In this document: piece by piece, positions 9,501 to 17,752 of the stretch
Layout: each line of letters begins with the position of its first letter
How positions within the stretch are numbered: position 1 is the stretch's first letter
Virus record (IMG/VR): IMGVR_UViG_3300037882_003354
Location: 186,001 to 250,000 of that record
Reading direction: 5' to 3' (one strand)
Length of the DNA stretch: 64,000 nucleotides
The notes under the pieces: model-generated
Seen by the model: the letters and a program-made list of their open reading frames with translations, nothing else
Told to the model about the DNA's origin: nothing
The model's database searches: none
Translations under genes and position numbers: made by a program

Positions 9501-12500
9501 CCTGATTGTACACTCTGTCTGTTTCCACCATGTTTAAGGTCGAAACATATGCTGTCCACCATGTATCCAATGTCGCGTGTGCAAGTGTTCTCGTTGTAGG
9601 TTCCTTGAAATCCAGGATTGGTAGCGTTGATAAACGCAATAATTTCTTCTTGTAAATAACCCTTGTTGGCCTGCAACAAGTCGTAGGCATTGTAAACGCT
9701 GGCCAAGTTGCTGGGCAAGCCGTTGGGCACAATCCGGTCGCTCCATCCCAGATTATTGCCGCTGACTATGGTGATGATGTTGTCAAAGTTTGCATTGATG
9801 ATGGCAATTTCACGGTCGGTGGCAGGTTCTAGGTTGGTGATTTGTGTGGCTGTGGAATATCTAGAAACACCAACCAACACATCAGTGGCCGTGGTGATGT
9901 TTTGAATGATTTTGACACTCAACTCTTTTAGATATCCGATTGCTGAAACAGTGGGGTTCAGCTGGGTTAAAATTTCTCCAGTGTACCCGTCCTGATTCCA
10001 ATATTGCAAGCCCGCAAATGTTGACTGACTGTTTTCCACAGTGGGATAGAGTACGTCCAGAGCAATACTGTCAATGATCAATCCAGTGTCTCTCTTGCAC
10101 TTGATTTCGTTATATGGAAATTCCTTAAATGTATTATTGATCCAATTGATGGTGTCTTCTTGTATAAACGCGCGATTGGCCTGCATTAAAATCTCAGCAC
10201 TGACATATGCAGCATCTGGGCCAGGGCCAGTATACACCTCAGGAACAGAATCAGCGCCCTGCAGAATGGCATCAGTGACTATGTCAAATAGTTTGCTGAT
10301 GCTGCTGACACTGACTTCACCGCCAATCAACGCAGTGTTGATCACCTGCTGATTGGTGGCCGTGGTAATTTCTCCCTGCACAAAGAGATCCGTGCACGGG
10401 GTATTGGTCACCACCTTTTGACACAGCCCGCTCAGGTAATCAATGGCCGATGAGCATTGATTTTCCTGCCCGGCAATGTAACTGACTGCACCGTCATAGT
10501 ATGCCAATCCACTTTCCACAGACTTTTGATTGCCGCCAAACGCCACATCATACGCAATATTTTCAACTAAGATGCCTGAATCTCTATACGATTTTTCTCT
10601 GGAGAATTCAAAACTGTTAAACTGACTAGCGATGTAGGCTACGACCTCTGCCTGTATAAATGCACGGTTGGCCACCAGCAGATTGTATGCATTTTCCACC
10701 TGAACCGATTCATTCTTGGTCAAATTAATGGGCACCTTGGATGGGGCAAATTCCGAGCCCAGTCTAGTAATGTTGACGATGAGATCCATCTTATCCTGCA
10801 AACTGTTCACTTCATAAGTAGTTGCACTGGTTAAGTTTACCACCTGAGACGTGCCTGTTTGATACAGAGTGGCTGGTGGTTTGCATGTGACCACACTTTG
10901 AACAAGTGTCTTGATGTAGTTGTACGCGGCGCTGGTCCGTGGAATTTGTCCTGGTATGGTGGATGCGCCAGTATATCCGTAATAATAAAAACCGATTTTG
11001 GTAGATTGCTTGTTGCTGCTAATGGTGGTGGCACCGTGTAGCAAATCAAAGGCCACGCTATCAATAATATATCCTAGATCAATTCTGCATCTCGCCTCAT
11101 CGTACACGAATCCAGAAAGTAATCCAACTGTGATTTGTCGGTTGATCTCTTCAATCGTCTCTTCAATTACACCAGCCTTGCCGTTCACCAGGGCGGTATA
11201 AGCAGCCACCACACCAGCATCAGTGGTGGCTGTGGTATTCGATACAATGTTGCCTGGGGTAGCAGCAATTTGACGATTGTCATCACTGTTTATGATACCA
11301 CGTACCCTGTCGAACAAGGTCCCAACGTTTGCGCCATATGCACCAGCCAGAGTCTGGCAAAGACCATTGGCAAAGAAAACAGCTTCAAGAGTGGCGGTAG
11401 ACTGATCGCCAATGACTGATTGGGTATTGTTTTCTTGATTCCAGTTGCTCAGGCCAGCAAACACACTCTCACTAGTACTGTTGTACAATAAATCCAGGGC
11501 AATACTGTCTACGATCGATCCAACATCTGCACCGGTATACGCAGGCGCACTACCATTAAATGTGTTGTCGAGAAACTTGACCACTTGCTCTTGCATGAAT
11601 GGTTTGTTGGCCAACATCAAGGTGCGGGCATTAAAAAATCCTGGATTTTGTTGTCCCGGATTTATATACATGCCCTGTTCAATGGTGCCGGTGCTGACTT
11701 CCACCAGGAGAGTGGTGGTGTTGGACACCCAGGTGCCGGTGCCCACAGCCAGTGGCACTTGAACAGTCTGATTGGGCACAAACAAGGTGCCATCCTTCAA
11801 CCAAGGACCAGACAGATTGGTACAGTTTTGAATGTAGGGTGAGTGGAATATGTCAATACGGGCATCGCCTTCCAGTGGGGGATAGGCAGTGGCATATGCT
11901 CCACGGTTGAATCTGGGATCATAAACACCTTCCAGTAATCCACTACGTCCATTGAGGAATTGCATGAATGCCAGATAGCAGCCGGAGTTCATGTGGAACA
12001 AGTCCTGCGTCTTGTTAATGGGTTCAATACTGGTGGTTCTAATATCGGAACCCATGACGCTGGTATAAGGTTTCAATTGCAGCGGATTGTCTTCCAGATA
12101 GGTGCCGGCGCTGACTTGAATTTGTGTGCCCGGCTGATAGTATGGGCTGTTGATTGCACCCCCCACGGTACGGCAGGCGCGGCTGGCATCCAGTGCCCGC
12201 CCATCGTTGGTGTCGTTGCCGTCCATGGTCACATAAAGCACATTGGTCACCACAGGTGCTGTGCCTATGGGTTTCTGACCCAGCACGCGAATGTCTCCCA
12301 CTATCTCAGTCAGTCTGCTTTCAGGTTTGATCTGTATGGGGCCGCTGGTGCTCTCTATGATCTTGGTGTACAGCTGATCCACATACTCGGCACCGCCTAT
12401 GTGCACATCTCCGCCTATGCCCACGCCGCCAGTGACTGTGAACGCTCCAGTGGTGGTGCTGGTACTCGACGCAGTGGATGTCACTGCCATTTGTTCCACG

Positions 12501-13150
12501 ACCAATTTTCCAGTGAATGGGTTGTATGTCAACCCACCCTCAACGTCAGTACCGTTGGTGTTGTCAGTGAACAAATATCCAATTCCGTTGGGATTTCGAC
12601 TGAATGTTGGATAAAATGTAGCATCCACGTTGGTGGCCGTGATCAACAACTGCAAGGAGGTGGTGGCTTGTGCCACTCGTCCGTAGATGAATCCACCAAC
12701 GTTTAAATCTTTTTGTATGCCTACACCGCCGGCAATAAAAACAGCACCCTGCTGTCGTTGCAGATCGGCTGCCTCCCGTCCCAAAAGATCCTGACCATAT
12801 ACATCCTCAGCCAGAGGGATTCCGAAAGGATTGTCCACATTGTCATCGTTGGCTTTGATGATCATGGTACCGGTGTTGCCAACCACGGCAATGGTGCCAG
12901 TTATGGCAGTGTCACCACCCACATTGAGGTTCTTGGTGATGCCCACACCACCGTTGACCACCAGTGCACCCGTGGCACTTGATACTGACTCTGATGTATC
13001 CTGAACAATGGTGGGGCCGGCAATAGTCAGGTTACCAGTGACGAATGTATCTGTGGAATCTATGTAGATTTTCCCGGTGGGCGACGATACCGCCGTGTCC
13101 CCCTTGGGGGTTACAACTCTGGTTCCGGATACTCTGATCACTGTGGCCAT
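6578..13150 (-). CDS. Large virion structural protein (2190 aa): fibre motifs, beta-helix entry motif and seven helical repeats
   Basis: VLYVTMDGNDTNDG...ACRTVGGA motif and repeated KCxRDxGxIIDSIAxDLxxGGNxxSxxxGLxY(W/Y). SD AAAGGA and a TAAATA motif lie upstream. Confidence 0.75.
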   Translation of the reverse strand: MATVIRVSGTRVVTPKGDTAVSSPTGKIYIDSTDTFVTGNLTIAGPTIVQDTSESVSSATGALVVNGGVGITKNLNVGGDTAITGTIAVVGNTGTMIIKANDDNVDNPFGIPLAEDVYGQDLLGREAADLQRQQGAVFIAGGVGIQKDLNVGGFIYGRVAQATTSLQLLITATNVDATFYPTFSRNPNGIGYLFTDNTNGTDVEGGLTYNPFTGKLVVEQMAVTSTASSTSTTTGAFTVTGGVGIGGDVHIGGAEYVDQLYTKIIESTSGPIQIKPESRLTEIVGDIRVLGQKPIGTAPVVTNVLYVTMDGNDTNDGRALDASRACRTVGGAINSPYYQPGTQIQVSAGTYLEDNPLQLKPYTSVMGSDIRTTSIEPINKTQDLFHMNSGCYLAFMQFLNGRSGLLEGVYDPRFNRGAYATAYPPLEGDARIDIFHSPYIQNCTNLSGPWLKDGTLFVPNQTVQVPLAVGTGTWVSNTTTLLVEVSTGTIEQGMYINPGQQNPGFFNARTLMLANKPFMQEQVVKFLDNTFNGSAPAYTGADVGSIVDSIALDLLYNSTSESVFAGLSNWNQENNTQSVIGDQSTATLEAVFFANGLCQTLAGAYGANVGTLFDRVRGIINSDDNRQIAATPGNIVSNTTATTDAGVVAAYTALVNGKAGVIEETIEEINRQITVGLLSGFVYDEARCRIDLGYIIDSVAFDLLHGATTISSNKQSTKIGFYYYGYTGASTIPGQIPRTSAAYNYIKTLVQSVVTCKPPATLYQTGTSQVVNLTSATTYEVNSLQDKMDLIVNITRLGSEFAPSKVPINLTKNESVQVENAYNLLVANRAFIQAEVVAYIASQFNSFEFSREKSYRDSGILVENIAYDVAFGGNQKSVESGLAYYDGAVSYIAGQENQCSSAIDYLSGLCQKVVTNTPCTDLFVQGEITTATNQQVINTALIGGEVSVSSISKLFDIVTDAILQGADSVPEVYTGPGPDAAYVSAEILMQANRAFIQEDTINWINNTFKEFPYNEIKCKRDTGLIIDSIALDVLYPTVENSQSTFAGLQYWNQDGYTGEILTQLNPTVSAIGYLKELSVKIIQNITTATDVLVGVSRYSTATQITNLEPATDREIAIINANFDNIITIVSGNNLGWSDRIVPNGLPSNLASVYNAYDLLQANKGYLQEEIIAFINATNPGFQGTYNENTCTRDIGYMVDSICFDLKHGGNRQSVQSGLSYYNLSTSTSVIQGEQPQTVAAFEHMSTIIGDIIQNRVIVPLQTTVLQANTSSFVSSNAATAAALAAAINIINTIIDDGPGAAQALRPISLVAADDLGMAMNAFKILNANKAFIAAEVIQYINNTENPNSFNYNQEKCYRDTGLIIDAVSQDILLGGNQKSIEAGVSYWNAGYNYVTGQETTTTLALNHARDIALQIIANQPVTPQTGTVAKQVINTFFQYGGDYMPQQAIMRNFSIITTIIERGPLYAPPVYAGGGLFSLTGINGLDTKIATRVTSVTSATTGTFLIGLDTPTIGFGNNATLYFGDVLVFPKRDFEVEELSLAYTNTTTTWNQRKVDPIGGMGGSLVDGKVVSSRSPIQSFVYDAYTQLTQGGRGIHITNDGYAQLVSVFTIFSSVGVQTDSGGIASIVNSNANFGDICLLSKGYGKRKFSGTIYNPAFRAYPNSPPRFKRDLAGVKIDEIENEGDNQYYPNGFWPNNARVQVFLPDTADRPHISLVMEVEPPDAFRDFNGDLGPYRNEQNFPGFLNALPDIGILNTGTITITGIDTEGIAVGNAVYIRDQDNSQTGTNGVMYAASGTVVTDIGYRSVTLNNALTNGGQDPDNKPGQINDRYFTLLFCGNAYYTVLSSNIAENPISVKVDPENPKPAGINILSADGLEYSDPSPLVPLAASLVQPPDQVENHLAALVYLNTLTNLVISNNTSSSVDYYQTTATQQIDLLVSGGAAATPFINLRFKIINDIIDAPDFTQANGIVPDTSKLRLKTGTIPAGAGAAITLIERNLDFLAAEVSAYIGSSSTGLAGPGLNFSDYDDVKCRRDLKLILRRLIYDLQSGGNYNSVFTGLSYWSRDRTHHLVDLGEAVRRTDLFPDGCNVNFYQRSYISASGYVFEYVGAGTDYGALPQVGLADPVQGKETVQLDTGKVFFTSTDQNGDFRIGPGLVISQATGVLSGRTFTKSLFANMTPFILAIEAGG

Positions 13151-13166
13151 TTTTATTCCTTTGTAG

Positions 13167-13172
13167 TATTTA
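13167..13172 (-). promoter_or_regulatory. Putative late promoter TAAATA
   Basis: CATAAATAC 16 nt upstream of ATG 13150. Resembles the T4 gp55 promoter TATAAATA. Confidence 0.6.
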
Positions 13173-13177
13173 TGGTT

Positions 13178-13705
13178 TTAATGAATTCGTAATTCAACTG
13201 AATCCACTGAGGCACCATCACTGTGCGGCCATTGTGGGTGACTTTGGAATCTCACAGTGATGCCAAAACTTGAATTTTGTAAATCCGACACGCTCAATTG
13301 CCTGGTGCCCCATAATGCAGTTTCACCACCATAAATCTTTATGGGTGCTAGCGACAGGTCAGCTTGATTTTTACCCGTCAATTGACCGTTCAAGCACAGG
13401 GATATTTGCTCGTCAGTGATTCTTCCTCGACGATTAGCAGTCAATCTGGCTTCAATGCCGGTGATGAATTCAGGTAAGTTTTCAAAGTTATAACCAGTCA
13501 GCTCCAGATAGTAAGTTTTCATGGTTATGTCAGCCTTGGGGCTTCTGGCTATGTGCAGCAGCGGCCGCTCTGTTCTAATCAGGGATCCGTTGACATTTTG
13601 CAGTGCAGCGAATCCATCACGATCGTTCCAGCGCACATGCACATCCTCAGCGGTGGGTTCTGCATATTGTCGTATTGCAGTGGGTAGCGTCCATTCAGTG
13701 GCCAT
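13178..13705 (-). CDS. Hypothetical protein, probably structural (likely start MATEWTLP)
   Basis: The longer track start overlaps a terminator and the upstream gene. ATG 13705 follows TAAATA by 4 nt. Confidence 0.6.
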   Translation of the reverse strand: MATEWTLPTAIRQYAEPTAEDVHVRWNDRDGFAALQNVNGSLIRTERPLLHIARSPKADITMKTYYLELTGYNFENLPEFITGIEARLTANRRGRITDEQISLCLNGQLTGKNQADLSLAPIKIYGGETALWGTRQLSVSDLQNSSFGITVRFQSHPQWPHSDGASVDSVELRIH

Positions 13706-13709
13706 AGCG

Positions 13710-13715
13710 TATTTA
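13710..13715 (-). promoter_or_regulatory. Putative late promoter TAAATA
   Basis: GGTAAATACGCTATG, directly after the terminator at 13737-13762. Confidence 0.6.
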
Positions 13716-13736
13716 CCTAAATCTGTATATCCAAAT

Positions 13737-13762
13737 GAAAAGGGCCCACAAGGGCCCTTTTC
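13737..13762 (-). terminator. Intrinsic terminator
   Basis: Perfect inverted repeat GAAAAGGGCCC-TTGT-GGGCCCTTTTC, 19 nt after the stop at 13782. Confidence 0.8.
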
Positions 13763-13781
13763 TCTACAGCACATGTAAAGA

Positions 13782-14636
13782 TTACGAGTTGGCAATACTC
13801 ACTGTGCCAGTGGTGGCCGCATCGATGGACCAGTTGGCAACTGCACCATTGGCATATTCAAAACTACCATTAACTGTAAACTGAGTTAGCACTGCTCTTC
13901 TAGCAGTCAACTTGGTGACAAAATAGGTGCTGGCATTGACGTCTGTGGCGACCAGGTTCATTTGACCTTCCGTTAAACTGCCTGTTGCTGTGGAAGCCAA
14001 TCTGCATATGCCGGTGGCTGTGGTGCGCACCAGGTAGCGGGTGCTGGATTCTTGCTTGACAATGTCACCAGTTTGACCACTGCCACCGCCTGGCACGAAT
14101 GCACCCACAGATAATCCATTGGCACGACCTGTGGTCAGTACAGTGGAGGAAACAGCAGCCGTGGTGGGTGAGTCCCTGAAACTGATTGATCCACTGACGG
14201 TGCTGGCGTTATTCAGGGTGACATTGACCAGTCCTGACTCAATGGAGGAAACATAAGTAGGGCTGGCATTGATACCTGTACCAGTCACTTGCATGCCTGT
14301 GAAAATGCCGGCGGTGGTAACATAAACAATACTGGTTCCGGTAGTACCAGTTCCTGCCACTACAACCCCAGTGGCCGTGGTGATGGTCATGGTGGCCGTG
14401 GAAATATATCCAGATCCATTGTTGGTCATGGTGATGCTGGAAAAATTACGGTTGGCAAACACCGGGGTACCAGTTGCAGTGACCCCACCTGGAATGCTGG
14501 GTGCACTGAATGTCACAGTGGCGCCGGATGAATAATTTGCACCGGTGTTGGAAAAGTTAACTGAGGCAATGCCCTCACCACCAATACCGCCGGCGGTCAG
14601 TTCACCGAAAAACTTCTTTTTAATTGGACGTCCCAT
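13782..14636 (-). CDS. Thr/Gly-rich virion protein downstream of major capsid (possible head decoration; likely start MGRPIKKKFFG)
   Basis: SD GAAGGAG precedes ATG 14636. Beta-rich composition with an ITMTNNGSGY-type motif. It has its own promoter and terminator. Confidence 0.6.
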   Translation of the reverse strand: MGRPIKKKFFGELTAGGIGGEGIASVNFSNTGANYSSGATVTFSAPSIPGGVTATGTPVFANRNFSSITMTNNGSGYISTATMTITTATGVVVAGTGTTGTSIVYVTTAGIFTGMQVTGTGINASPTYVSSIESGLVNVTLNNASTVSGSISFRDSPTTAAVSSTVLTTGRANGLSVGAFVPGGGSGQTGDIVKQESSTRYLVRTTATGICRLASTATGSLTEGQMNLVATDVNASTYFVTKLTARRAVLTQFTVNGSFEYANGAVANWSIDAATTGTVSIANS

Positions 14637-14726
14637 TTTATTTTCTCCTTCAGAAAAACACGGCGTTCTAGGCCGTACGCGGTTGGATTTCCGCATAAAA
14701 TTCACATGATTGTAAATTATACCTGG

Positions 14727-14732
14727 TATTTA
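14727..14732 (-). promoter_or_regulatory. Putative late promoter TAAATA followed by a structured ~85-nt leader
   Basis: ACTAAATACC just downstream of the capsid terminator. Confidence 0.55.
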
Positions 14733-14754
14733 GTTTGCTTGTGTAATAGTCAAC

Positions 14755-14779
14755 AAAAAACCCGCCGGGGCGGGTTTTT
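14755..14779 (-). terminator. Intrinsic terminator after the major capsid gene
   Basis: Plus strand AAAAAACCCGCCGGGGCGGGTTTTT: a GC stem flanked by A and T tracts. Confidence 0.85.
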
Positions 14780-14802
14780 GTTTTATAACAGTAACGGTTA
14801 AA

Positions 14803-15981
14803 TTACTTGAAGCTGACGCCGGCGGAGGTGATGGACACCTTGCCCAGGTAGTCAGCAGCATTGCCCAGTGAACTGGCGGCATTGCTCAACTCAACATAGC
14901 CATAACGTGTCAGGAAACCAACCACTGGCTCGAATGTGGATGGGTCAAGAACAACACCAGAGCTCATTAGAGGGATGTAAGGGCAATAGAAAGCGGCGGC
15001 ATCGGCCTCGCTTGCACCCTTGTATCCAACCAGCACCTGGTTGTCATCAGAAGTGTCGCTCAGATAAGCGTCAACATAGATGCGCATGCTTCCATTCAGT
15101 GTTCCAACAAACTTGGTGTTTGTAGGAGCTTCGAATGTGCCCTCTGTGGTGCGAGCAAACGCACTGGTGGTAGCACTCTGCAGAATGGTCAGAGCTTGGT
15201 TGGAAACCACAGCCCAGTTACCAGCGCCACGACGTGTGCGCTGTGCGATCAGATTGGCTGTACGGTTGATCTGAATGGCCAGAGCAGCATGCTCGTCACC
15301 AACAAATGTGGCTGTACCAGAAACCAGACGTTGGTCATATGTTTCTTCAACACTGGCCAATCCGCGCAGGCTGGTCAAGATTTCTTGGTCGATTTCAGCC
15401 GTGATTTCTTGTGCCAGAGCAGCCATGATTTCTGCTTCGATGTCAATGCCTTGTTGGGCTTGTGCATCTTGAGCAGCTTCAAAGGTCCAACGAGCTGACA
15501 GCTTGCGGCTCTTGGCCTCAACTGGGCTCTTCAAGATCTGGATGCTCATGCGCTTGCCAGGTGTACCTTCCAGAGCCGATGTTGTATTGGCCTTGGGTGA
15601 AGTAACACTGTCAGCATTACCAGAGTAGCCAGCAGCAATCTTGAATGGGCTCAATGCCTCTTCACCAGCTGTGACCAGGTTGTCGCCATCTGCATAGCGA
15701 ACGCGAAGTGTGTGAATCTGTCCAACTGGACCAGTCATTGGCTGAACGCCGATGATCTCGTTGGCAATAACTGTAGGCATAACACGGCGGATAACTGGTA
15801 GAATCACACGGTTAAGTGTTGCTACGTTACCTGCGCTGGTTGCACCGGCGGTTGCGCTTTCAGCCAAACTGCGACGTGTGTTCTCTAAGCATACGCTCAT
15901 TGAAGCACGACGGTTACCAGATAGGCCTTCAAGCAGAGCTTCTTTGGTCTCTGACCATCTTTCATTTAGTAATTGTGACAT
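14803..15981 (-). CDS. gp23: Major capsid protein, T4 gp23 family
   Basis: Motifs VIRRVMPTVIANEIIGVQPMTGPVGQIHTLR, AKSRKLSARWTFEAAQD, EITAEIDQEI, FYCPYIPL and DPSTFEPVVGFLTRYG. Confidence 0.97.
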   Translation of the reverse strand: MSQLLNERWSETKEALLEGLSGNRRASMSVCLENTRRSLAESATAGATSAGNVATLNRVILPVIRRVMPTVIANEIIGVQPMTGPVGQIHTLRVRYADGDNLVTAGEEALSPFKIAAGYSGNADSVTSPKANTTSALEGTPGKRMSIQILKSPVEAKSRKLSARWTFEAAQDAQAQQGIDIEAEIMAALAQEITAEIDQEILTSLRGLASVEETYDQRLVSGTATFVGDEHAALAIQINRTANLIAQRTRRGAGNWAVVSNQALTILQSATTSAFARTTEGTFEAPTNTKFVGTLNGSMRIYVDAYLSDTSDDNQVLVGYKGASEADAAAFYCPYIPLMSSGVVLDPSTFEPVVGFLTRYGYVELSNAASSLGNAADYLGKVSITSAGVSFK

Positions 15982-16002
15982 TTATGTCTCCTTGAATGTT
16001 GT

Positions 16003-17094
16003 TTATTTCAGTCCCGCTAATTTGCGGATGTCTAAAATGTTATCTAAGCCTACCTCTGGCTTGGTTCCACGATTGCCAGTCACTTCTGTTCCTTCTGATA
16101 GCATTGCTTTCTTAGGAGCAACTGTTTTCTTCTGGCCTTCCATCACTGCCGGTAGGTATTTGTCGAAAGCTTCATTAAGTTTTGTGGTCTTGACAGATTC
16201 CAGCAATTCTTTCATGATCTCTCTCTTGCTAGCATCCAACGGTGCTAGTAACTCGCCCATGACAGACTTCCGTTCCATCAAATCTTGTGTGATGCGTATT
16301 TCACGATCTTTAGATTCAACCAGATTGGATTTTTCTGCCACTGCTTGTTTTGCTTCAGCTAGTTCTTGCTCCTTTTTACGAATGATCTTCAACAACTTGC
16401 TGGTCTCAGACTTTTCGTTTAGATAGGAACCTGCATACTCCTGAGCAAATGCCTCATAGAGTCTGCGACCAAAATCATTTGTACGTGCATTGTCGATGTC
16501 TTCTTTCAATTGCTTGATTTCAGATGTCAACTTTTTAGTAACTGCACTTTCAACAACCTTGGCTGAACGTTGTATAAAACTTTGTTTGATTTCTGCGAAC
16601 TTGCTACGGGCTTCACGCACCAACTTGACTTTCGTCTCAGCCAGATCACGTTTGTCCACTGCAAACTCGTTGATTTCTCTAGCCAGAGCATGTACAATAA
16701 ACTGCTCCAACTTTTGGAAGTTCTCGGAAACCTTCTTGCGGTCACCCTGGAACTCTACCAATTCTTTACCCAATTGCTTGATGACGAAACCTTCTAGTTT
16801 CTTGGCATCCTCAGCAATACGCGAATGGTATGCTGTTTTTGCCAGTACTAGTTGCTTCTTGTCTTCGTACAATTCGGCCATTTCTGCGGCCAATCTTTCA
16901 CCAATCATCTTGTCCAGTGCTTCGACCATGACACCTTTATCGTGTGCATAGCGTTGAGCAAACTCTTCACGAAGTTCGGCTGTGACTTGGTCGCGATTCT
17001 CTTGAATTTTTTGCTTGAATGCAGTCTCGATCTCAGAACCCACTTGCTCTGACATCACACCACTTTCAACTAATTGTTTGAATGCGTCCAACAT
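16003..17094 (-). CDS. gp22: Prohead core scaffold protein, gp22-like
   Basis: Coiled-coil, E/K-rich 363-aa protein located between protease and capsid, as in T4. Confidence 0.8.
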   Translation of the reverse strand: MLDAFKQLVESGVMSEQVGSEIETAFKQKIQENRDQVTAELREEFAQRYAHDKGVMVEALDKMIGERLAAEMAELYEDKKQLVLAKTAYHSRIAEDAKKLEGFVIKQLGKELVEFQGDRKKVSENFQKLEQFIVHALAREINEFAVDKRDLAETKVKLVREARSKFAEIKQSFIQRSAKVVESAVTKKLTSEIKQLKEDIDNARTNDFGRRLYEAFAQEYAGSYLNEKSETSKLLKIIRKKEQELAEAKQAVAEKSNLVESKDREIRITQDLMERKSVMGELLAPLDASKREIMKELLESVKTTKLNEAFDKYLPAVMEGQKKTVAPKKAMLSEGTEVTGNRGTKPEVGLDNILDIRKLAGLK

Positions 17095-17109
17095 TAATTT
17101 CTCCTCGGG

Positions 17110-17739
17110 CTATTTTAGACCTTTGATGATCGCAAGGAGACTTTCCTTGAGATATTTTTGGGCCTTAGGATCTTCTTTTGTTTCGGTTGCCACTGTCCAC
17201 GCACGATTGCCGCCACGCACATTCATAAGATGTTCGTAGATGGGTGTAGGGTACGCGCCAGGGGCCGAAGGTTGGGCAACAACATCCACAGTGATGATCT
17301 CAAAATCGGATACATGGCCATTCCCGTCGTTCACGTTGCCGCTACCACGAGAGCTTACGCCAAGTTTTACTCCGCTTTCCAGCATCGTACGAACTAAGTT
17401 GCCCATTGGAGTAGGAAGGATTTTCATCTTTCCATATCCATTGGGACCTTCCATCCACATATGAGTGATCATATGGGACACACGGTCCAAATTTACTTTT
17501 AAATCATCAGGATGATCAACTTCACCAAGAACACTGTACCCGTTCTGAATCTGATCGTTCAGTGTCTTGACTGCGCGCTCAATTTCGTCCACAGGGTAAA
17601 CACGTTGATTGGCATTGCGAATGCCGCCTTGAATGGTAATGCCTTTTAGGTAAAGGCTTTTTCCATCTTTATCATCCGACTCCATGACGATGCCGGATTG
17701 ATCAAAACTCAACTGCTCTTTGAGATAGGTTAACTTCAT
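17110..17739 (-). CDS. gp21: Prohead protease, gp21 family
   Basis: Motifs NANQRVYP, LGEVDHP, VSHMIT, LGVSSRGSG and DVVAQPSAPGAY. Confidence 0.95.
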   Translation of the reverse strand: MKLTYLKEQLSFDQSGIVMESDDKDGKSLYLKGITIQGGIRNANQRVYPVDEIERAVKTLNDQIQNGYSVLGEVDHPDDLKVNLDRVSHMITHMWMEGPNGYGKMKILPTPMGNLVRTMLESGVKLGVSSRGSGNVNDGNGHVSDFEIITVDVVAQPSAPGAYPTPIYEHLMNVRGGNRAWTVATETKEDPKAQKYLKESLLAIIKGLK

Positions 17740-17752
17740 CCTGATTCTCTAA

